DNA of 64,000 nt from a virus. Under the pieces are notes generated by a model. That model saw nothing but the letters and a program-made list of their open reading frames with translations. It made no database searches and had not been told where the DNA came from. Made by a program: the position numbers and the translations under genes. Position 1 is the first letter of the stretch. Each line of letters begins with the position of its first letter. Shown here one piece after another: positions 57,366-64,000 of this stretch. Location: the IMG/VR virus record IMGVR_UViG_3300031519_006967, positions 1-64,000 of that record; one strand, 5' to 3'.

Positions 57366-58256
57366 ATGATTTCTTTTAAGCGTTTCTTGTTTGAAGAGGG
57401 GATGACCCCATCTGATATATTGTTCAATCCTGAGAACAATGATACTACTTGGCGGGAGTTAGTTGAAAAATTTAAGGAGAGTGGTGGAACTATGGCAGAC
57501 GGTGGTAGAGCGCCAGTAATGATGCATCCCGATTGGGATCATGTGGTGAAGTTGTTTAACGACGATATGTCATATTTAAAATTTGTGAGGTGGGTAATGA
57601 AAAAGTCCAATCCAAATTCAGCTTTCCCGATTTTTAAGGATAAGCCCAGAAGCATAGTCCCCAACTACAAACGAGGGTATGAAGATGAGAAAATGTATGC
57701 TGCTAGAATTGAGGAACTATCCCCAATATCTAAAGAAGATTATTTAGACTTACTGGAGTTTTGTGACACGGTAGACGCAGACGGTAATAATAGGTGGTAT
57801 GAAATGAAAGATAAGCGAACGTTAGAATATGAGGAAGAACATGGCCCCAACCCCAGAACTGTATCACAAGACAAAATGATAGAGAGAGTTAAAAAACGTC
57901 ATCCAAACTGGAAAGATATAAAACCTGCAAAAACCGAGTTGGTTATGGCAGGATTGTGGAATGACGAAAAACAAACTAACGTTATGCTGAGAGACAATGG
58001 TGAAGTTGTATACATTGATCCAGTTTGGGATGGAGTGTCATTTGCAGAAATGCAGAGGGATGCTATGCGAGATCGTGACGGAGAATACCACGATTATGAT
58101 CCTGGTTATGATGACCCTGATTACAGTCCCCCTGAACCACCATCTTTACAAGGCGGCGAGAAAATAAAACGCAAAAGAATTAAAAAGAAGATGCCTACCC
58201 CTAAACCAGAAGCAAGTCCAACATGGGACGACACTGAATCGGAAATACCATTCTAA
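57366..58256 (+). CDS. Protein-kinase-like fold protein
   Basis: GGRAPV, VVKLF, IEEL, D...NVM, YIDP; N-terminus MISFKRFLFEE. Confidence 0.55.
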   Translation: MISFKRFLFEEGMTPSDILFNPENNDTTWRELVEKFKESGGTMADGGRAPVMMHPDWDHVVKLFNDDMSYLKFVRWVMKKSNPNSAFPIFKDKPRSIVPNYKRGYEDEKMYAARIEELSPISKEDYLDLLEFCDTVDADGNNRWYEMKDKRTLEYEEEHGPNPRTVSQDKMIERVKKRHPNWKDIKPAKTELVMAGLWNDEKQTNVMLRDNGEVVYIDPVWDGVSFAEMQRDAMRDRDGEYHDYDPGYDDPDYSPPEPPSLQGGEKIKRKRIKKKMPTPKPEASPTWDDTESEIPF

Positions 58257-58270
58257 GGATAAATATCCAT

Positions 58271-58858
58271 ATGGATACCAGCACTGAAATGGCACAATTC
58301 ATCATGGAGATGGAAGGAAGACGAGACGAAAACGGATGTTTAGAAGTTTATTATTTACCTGAAGGTGATGGCGGCGGTGACTATGAAGTTGCTGGAATTA
58401 ATAATAAATATCACCCCAAGCAAGCACTACATCTTAAAACTTTAGTTGAAAATGGTAATTGTGTCGCGTCGGAATTATACGCTATTAATTATATTAAGGA
58501 TTACACCTCTGTTGATCCTGAATGGCATTACGATGACCGAGTTAATGCCTACCTAATGGACTGTAGATTCAATCGCGGACCTACTGGAGCAGCATACATC
58601 TTCCAACACTCGTTAGAGGTCGCAGGGACGTATACGGGCGGATTAGATGGCGTGGTGGGGTCAGGAACTCGCGCAGCAGCAGCAAAGCACACAGCAGAAG
58701 ACCTATTACTAAGATTACACTTGTCTCGACAATGGTATGAGCGGGAAAGAGTTGGTAGAGATGAATCTAGCGACTTTTGGAGTGGCCTTACAAATAGGTG
58801 GGTAAATGCCATGCAAATTTGTCTATCTGTAGGTGACCCATACGAAGATTTAGTATAA
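58271..58858 (+). CDS. GH108-like lysozyme with PG-binding segment
   Basis: EG...GDGGG.EVAGIN, DCRFNRG, DGVVGSGT, GLTNRW. Confidence 0.7.
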   Translation: MDTSTEMAQFIMEMEGRRDENGCLEVYYLPEGDGGGDYEVAGINNKYHPKQALHLKTLVENGNCVASELYAINYIKDYTSVDPEWHYDDRVNAYLMDCRFNRGPTGAAYIFQHSLEVAGTYTGGLDGVVGSGTRAAAAKHTAEDLLLRLHLSRQWYERERVGRDESSDFWSGLTNRWVNAMQICLSVGDPYEDLV

Positions 58859-58866
58859 GTAGACTT

Positions 58867-60627
58867 ATGAGTTTTGATACCCGCTTGCAAAAGATATTAG
58901 ATGCTAATTCTATAGTATTAGAATCTAATAAAGACAAATACGCCGCCATGTTCACTTGGTTGGATAAATTCGATGATGAACTTAATTCTGATGTGTATAA
59001 AGATCGGGCATCTAAAGAAATTTCTAGGGCTAGGCAAGACTTAAAAAAAGAAAGAGTAATTACTTGGTGGTTGAAGCATGTTAGGATTGCTTTGGTTAAG
59101 GCGATATTTGGTTGGATTGACATGGAGGATAACCCCGACACCCCAGAATTATTAGCCAAAAAGAAGACACTCAACAAGATGATGTCTAAGTATGGTAGTG
59201 AATTTGGGAGTACTGATGATGTATATTATGATGGGTTAGATAACATGTACACTAAATTACAACATAGTATTTCAATGGCTAACGTTGTTACTGGTATTGA
59301 TAATTATGACTATAGTGGACAGGAGTTGACACCGACGTTGCGGGAGTTTTCCGAATTGGAGGATGAATGGGCTGAGTCCATTGGTGAGGGTATGGTGGAC
59401 ACTGCGGAGGATGATGAGGTTCTTATTGACCTTGGAGATGGGTGGAAATGGATAGATTTAAAAAAATATAAATGTACGAGGGAGGGTGGCTCTATGGGCC
59501 ATTGTGGTAATACCGCTGACGGTAAACCAGGACAAACCATATTATCGTTAAGGAAGGAGAAAGATGTGGGATCGGAGAGTCGCCCTAGAATTATGCAAAG
59601 ACCATCAGTAACCTTTATATATAATATTGCCGATAAAACTTTAGGGGAGATGAAAGGTAGGGCTAATAAAAAACCCAATAAAATCTATCACGATAGCATT
59701 ATTAAATTATTAACACATAAAGAAGATGGTGAGTTCTTCATTAAAGAGGTGGTTGGTGGTGGGTATGCTCCCAGTGGTAATTTCGCCCTGACCGATTTGT
59801 CCGACGAAGATAAGGACGCACTACTTAAAATCAGACCAGAGTGGAGATCAATATCAGACATATATAGAACTGACGGATTTACTGAGGACGTTAAAGAAAA
59901 ATTAATGAAGGCACACGGTAATGGATTGAAATTTGTGGATAAGGATGGGGAGGATTTCATCCATTATCAAATTGCAGACACTATGGAAGAGTTGATTGAG
60001 TTAGATAGCGGCAATCTTACTAATTTAAATAATTACCTTGGCTATATTCAGGGCGACAAAATTTTACTAACTAGGGATTTTGATGTGGAGCAAGATGTAA
60101 ATGGTTATTATGCAGACGACATATTACAACCAGAACTATCTAAAATTAAAAAATATATAAAAAAATCATATGATTATTATGATGGGACCGTGGAAGATTT
60201 TATTAAAAATGAGGAAGATGGCGTCGAATTTAAAAATGCATTAAGACGGTCTATGGCAGAGGGATATTCTCAGGGAGCAGAAAGAGAGATGACTGCTGCA
60301 TATAAATATGCAGTAGAAAATCTGCATGTCAATTTTGAAGTGGAGAATGGAGGCGGTTACCTGGAAAATGATAGCATTATTACTGATATGTATAAAACGG
60401 TGGCGGGGTATGGTTATTGGGGGGGTGCTGCGTATTCTGTGGAGATGTCCCTTAAAGAATTATTAAGATTGATGGAGGCAGCAGGAAGTGAATACGAGAT
60501 GTATGTATTTGATAATGTATCAGAAGCAGAAGAGGACATGGAAGTTCCCTATAATGGTTGGAGTGGGTTCAATGAATACTCCGCAAAAGAACTATTCGCT
60601 GATCTAGTTCACGACATTATTAACTAA
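58867..60627 (+). CDS. Hypothetical protein with PcfJ-like segment
   Basis: EGGSMGHCG, ILSLR, EMKGRANKKP. Confidence 0.6.
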   Translation: MSFDTRLQKILDANSIVLESNKDKYAAMFTWLDKFDDELNSDVYKDRASKEISRARQDLKKERVITWWLKHVRIALVKAIFGWIDMEDNPDTPELLAKKKTLNKMMSKYGSEFGSTDDVYYDGLDNMYTKLQHSISMANVVTGIDNYDYSGQELTPTLREFSELEDEWAESIGEGMVDTAEDDEVLIDLGDGWKWIDLKKYKCTREGGSMGHCGNTADGKPGQTILSLRKEKDVGSESRPRIMQRPSVTFIYNIADKTLGEMKGRANKKPNKIYHDSIIKLLTHKEDGEFFIKEVVGGGYAPSGNFALTDLSDEDKDALLKIRPEWRSISDIYRTDGFTEDVKEKLMKAHGNGLKFVDKDGEDFIHYQIADTMEELIELDSGNLTNLNNYLGYIQGDKILLTRDFDVEQDVNGYYADDILQPELSKIKKYIKKSYDYYDGTVEDFIKNEEDGVEFKNALRRSMAEGYSQGAEREMTAAYKYAVENLHVNFEVENGGGYLENDSIITDMYKTVAGYGYWGGAAYSVEMSLKELLRLMEAAGSEYEMYVFDNVSEAEEDMEVPYNGWSGFNEYSAKELFADLVHDIIN

Positions 60628-60635
60628 ATAACATT

Positions 60636-61496
60636 ATGGATTTTGATACACTGAGCCGTTTATTGGTAGAAATGCCCATCGCCAATTTTCAAAAAATAGG
60701 AGACGACTCTTCATGGGAAAAACGGGGCGCATATGATAAGAAATCGGCGGCAATGTTGCAAGATGAAAAATATGAATCAAGGGTTACGAACGCTTTCAAG
60801 GGTGTTGATTCTGATTTAAACTTCTATTTTTTAAATAATAAAGAAGTTGGTGATATTGACGGAGAGGAGTTTAATGGTGAAAACGGAAACGTCGGACCAA
60901 CGCATTCGTTTTGGGATGCAACGGGATTAGACTATGAAGACTATGAAGATAGTATGTCGATTTCGATTATATTTGTTGGAAATTTCGGAGACAAATTAGT
61001 TCCTCTAACACCATGGATTCTTGCCCATAGAATTTCTCACGTATTTGCATCTAGTAGGAAGATATATGGAATACAGCATAACTATAATGCTATGATAGAC
61101 TCAGTTGTAGAACTCCTAAATTTAGTGTCTGAGGGATATGGAATGCCAGTTGATCAATTTAATACTAGAAATTGGATAGGTGCTAACGATGCAGAGGCCA
61201 CAGCACTATTAAATAAAATTGGAACCTTCAAATCTGCCCGAGATGGCAATATTACGCGCCCATATGAATTCATCCATGAGATTTTTGCTCAGCAGGTAAT
61301 TAACGGAGAAGTAAAATTTAACACTGAACTCACTCCACTAATTATAGATGATCCTGACGAGCCATGGGAAGAACCATGGGAACGAAAATTCACCATGCCC
61401 GAAGGCTACGATGATTTTGGATCATATGAGAGAACCTTTGAATACTACCTAGATGAACTCTGGGGGCAAGCTGAGGGCAGCGTATTTATTATGTAA
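60636..61496 (+). CDS. Hypothetical protein, possible zincin-like
   Basis: TPWILAHRISH, EFIHEIFAQ; N-terminus MDFDTLSRLLVE. Confidence 0.55.
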   Translation: MDFDTLSRLLVEMPIANFQKIGDDSSWEKRGAYDKKSAAMLQDEKYESRVTNAFKGVDSDLNFYFLNNKEVGDIDGEEFNGENGNVGPTHSFWDATGLDYEDYEDSMSISIIFVGNFGDKLVPLTPWILAHRISHVFASSRKIYGIQHNYNAMIDSVVELLNLVSEGYGMPVDQFNTRNWIGANDAEATALLNKIGTFKSARDGNITRPYEFIHEIFAQQVINGEVKFNTELTPLIIDDPDEPWEEPWERKFTMPEGYDDFGSYERTFEYYLDELWGQAEGSVFIM

Positions 61497-61916
61497 TTAG
61501 CAATTATTATTTTCAGTTTGATTATTATCCCGTTCCTCTTTTTTTAGAGCTTCTATTTGTTCAGAAAGTTCCAACGCGTCTTTATCGGGTAGACCTACAA
61601 AAATATTAGATTTTCCCGCATACCCATCCCCAATTCCATCCCCAATAACACCTGGTCCAAATCTAGACCCAATAGTGTCTGCACCATCGTTAGGTGCGTT
61701 CATATCTACGGGTGGAGATTTCCTATTCGACTCATTTCCCAGTTGTTCCTTAAAGCATTTATATTTATTTTGTAGAAACGCCTCAATAAGTCCTTGGATT
61801 TTACGTAGTAGGTCGGGGTTATAGTTCTCCGTGTTACACCCCTCACCCCTATGCTTGGTATTGTTCTTGTTTTTGACGGCATTCCAATCACCGTTTTCTA
61901 TTTTTAATTTTCCCAT
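61497..61916 (-). CDS. Hypothetical protein
   Basis: Follows gp5-like gene on the same strand. Confidence 0.5.
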   Translation of the reverse strand: MGKLKIENGDWNAVKNKNNTKHRGEGCNTENYNPDLLRKIQGLIEAFLQNKYKCFKEQLGNESNRKSPPVDMNAPNDGADTIGSRFGPGVIGDGIGDGYAGKSNIFVGLPDKDALELSEQIEALKKEERDNNQTENNNC

Positions 61917-61917
61917 A

Positions 61918-63786
61918 TTAACATTCCTCAAATTTTTCAATAACTGTATTATTAGTTTTGGAGTTCTTCACTGGCATTGGTAAGTTCTTAATAGCGAAGT
62001 TGTTTCTTGCTCCCACTGATCTAACCACTGAATGTGGATCAACGGGAGTTGATGTTTCTACTCTATCCCCAACAGTTATTTCCAATTCAGTGTTATCTCT
62101 AATTAATTTAAGAGGTATATTTTTAAACCAGTGATGGTGAGGGTGGACTTGTACTGAATTTGGGGCGCAAATAGAAAACACATCCAATGCGTGGGAATCT
62201 CCATTTGAGTCAGTGCCAATCGCTACACCAATTTTACAATTTGGTAATATGTCAGCATATGTTGGACCCTTTTCAACATCTTCAATGCATTTTATTTCAT
62301 CTCCTGTGGGGTCTCCGCAGGGTGTTTGTATATTAACTTCAAAGTCGGTTTCAGTTATTTGGTATTCACAAGGAGCGGTTATATGTTGCACTGATAACTC
62401 ACCCTCTACGTGCGCACCACCAGCAATAATGACGTTCATACCAACATTCAAATTACCATCCACCAATACTTGTTGTTCGGGTTCAGTTGTAGTCTTTCCG
62501 TTCGCTTGGAATTCTTTATCATCCCCGTTACCATCCTCAATAGTTCTCTCCACTTTTTTAGGTCGTAATGTTATAACTTCTCCTGTTATGTCCACCCTTT
62601 CCCCGCCAATTATAACTTCAGATGTTCCATGAATCGTGGTTCTCTCAGATAAAATATTAGCTTGAATACCAAATAAATTAACATCACCGTTAGTCTTCAT
62701 GGAAATCCCGTTTGCGCCAACAGTTAGCGTGTATTTATCCGCAACGGTTTTATGGTATGATCCACCTGGAACGGGATCGACGTGAACCTTCTCTATCAAT
62801 GGGGTTTCTCTAAATTGTGGGTATATTCCAGCACCAAATGGGTCTATTTTTAATCCACTTGGAACTAATTTTCCTTTGGGGTCTTTTCGATAGGACTCCA
62901 TGGAGTTAAATACATTTCCCACATGCTCTACTACATTTTTATTACTGGTTCTGACTTCGGTTCCCCCCGCTGGGTGTTGATTGGTTCCAAAGTGTTTTTC
63001 TGACTCTGCTAGAGGGTCAGTAAGTTCCGCAATTTTTGCTTCAATTTCCTTTTTAATTTCATCCTTATTCCACTCACCATCTTGTGACGATGGGGATAGT
63101 CCATCACCCCAACATGTCATACATTCCCAACCTCCTTTGATTGCTTTTCCTTTTTCGCTCCCACGGGACTCATATTCATACTCACTATCTTTAAGTTCTG
63201 CTATAGTATGTCCGCATTTAGCCTTAATCGAAGGTGTCCAGTAGTCCTTCACGATTTTACCATAAATGTGTTTAGTTTTTATTTGTTCAGTGGGGCAATC
63301 TGCTGGTGTTCCATCCTTCTCTTGCCCTTCCGCCTGATCAATATCATTATGTTGTTTACATCTCTTCACCTCGAAACGTCGTTTCATATTATGCAATTCT
63401 TGCATATCTTTCAACCACTTCTCGCCGTGCTTCTGACATTTATCAACATCACCAGTGGTGGACATTTTATCCCCCAAGTGGGTTTCATCTATGGTTCCAT
63501 CTACATGGGTTACCTTGTCTTTGTTCACGGTCTCAAATGACGATCCATATACATGGGTTTGGTATGATGTGGGAACGAATAAATCCGTTGCAAATTTTTC
63601 AAAACGTAGGAATGCACCACCAGTATAATAAAAAGTGACCTGTTCTTCGTTTTTAGTATTAATAAACTCTATGCCACCAGAAGGTTGTCTTATATCAGAT
63701 TTACCTCTATAATTTTCCCCCGATGGTCCTTTAGGTAGGTCGTTCTGCCACGCCCCTGGGTCAGTTGTTGTATGTTGTCTTGGCAT
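61918..63786 (-). CDS. gp5-like baseplate hub/spike, C-terminal part
   Basis: Beta-helix-like V.G repeats; HPHHH near C-terminus; follows the gp5 OB-fold ORF. Confidence 0.55.
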   Translation of the reverse strand: MPRQHTTTDPGAWQNDLPKGPSGENYRGKSDIRQPSGGIEFINTKNEEQVTFYYTGGAFLRFEKFATDLFVPTSYQTHVYGSSFETVNKDKVTHVDGTIDETHLGDKMSTTGDVDKCQKHGEKWLKDMQELHNMKRRFEVKRCKQHNDIDQAEGQEKDGTPADCPTEQIKTKHIYGKIVKDYWTPSIKAKCGHTIAELKDSEYEYESRGSEKGKAIKGGWECMTCWGDGLSPSSQDGEWNKDEIKKEIEAKIAELTDPLAESEKHFGTNQHPAGGTEVRTSNKNVVEHVGNVFNSMESYRKDPKGKLVPSGLKIDPFGAGIYPQFRETPLIEKVHVDPVPGGSYHKTVADKYTLTVGANGISMKTNGDVNLFGIQANILSERTTIHGTSEVIIGGERVDITGEVITLRPKKVERTIEDGNGDDKEFQANGKTTTEPEQQVLVDGNLNVGMNVIIAGGAHVEGELSVQHITAPCEYQITETDFEVNIQTPCGDPTGDEIKCIEDVEKGPTYADILPNCKIGVAIGTDSNGDSHALDVFSICAPNSVQVHPHHHWFKNIPLKLIRDNTELEITVGDRVETSTPVDPHSVVRSVGARNNFAIKNLPMPVKNSKTNNTVIEKFEEC

Positions 63787-63799
63787 CAGTTATATTTAT

Positions 63800-64000
63800 T
63801 TATGCATTAGCTTGTCCACTATTCAAGAGGTGTGACTCTCTGCTGATAGCAACTGCCCCAGTTATTATCGGGCTAAGGGGGTGTCCACCCTCAAATCTTA
63901 CCCAAACGTGTCCACCCACGTCAGGAATTGATATAAATCCATTTGGTAGGTTTCCCTTAATTGCTCGCATCACTGGGTTAGTGTTAGCAATCATAGTATT
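63800..64000 (-). CDS. gp5/VgrG OB-fold domain (5'-truncated by window)
   Basis: SIPDVGGHVWVRFEGGHPLSPIITG. Confidence 0.7.
   Translation of the reverse strand, partial: NTMIANTNPVMRAIKGNLPNGFISIPDVGGHVWVRFEGGHPLSPIITGAVAISRESHLLNSGQANA

Overview
A 64 kb, AT-rich segment of a large T4-like myovirus genome (Tevenvirinae-related but divergent), read in the standard genetic code. It carries the T4 core replication, recombination and late-transcription genes (dda, gp1-like kinase, uvsY, uvsW, gp55, gp47, gp46, gp43, uvsX, gp41, gp32, gp45-like), plus gp4, phoH and a split gp5-like baseplate gene. A ~13 kb glycan-modification island sits between gp47 and gp46, and there are two peptidoglycan hydrolases and many late genes with T4 capsid-targeting-like N-termini. 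Main observations: (1) a structurally canonical integron gene cassette (attC plus matching core site, GC-rich) at 45680-46071 with no integrase in the window, whose ORF runs antisense and starts inside the attC; (2) two CAGCAA stem-loops in the leader of a Ro/TROVE-like (DUF2828) gene; (3) apparently window-wide leaderless expression, with an NTAARTA box fixed 5-6 nt before start codons, which also predicts an ATC start for an Acb1-like 2H phosphoesterase; (4) predicted injected-effector genes, two flanked by 20-29 bp direct repeats and four modules sharing one repeat; (5) a gp55 sigma factor with a ~100 aa Cys-rich insertion; (6) a miniature gp23 capsid paralog. No tRNA, rRNA or CRISPR array was recognised. 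All product calls come from motif recognition by eye, not database searches.
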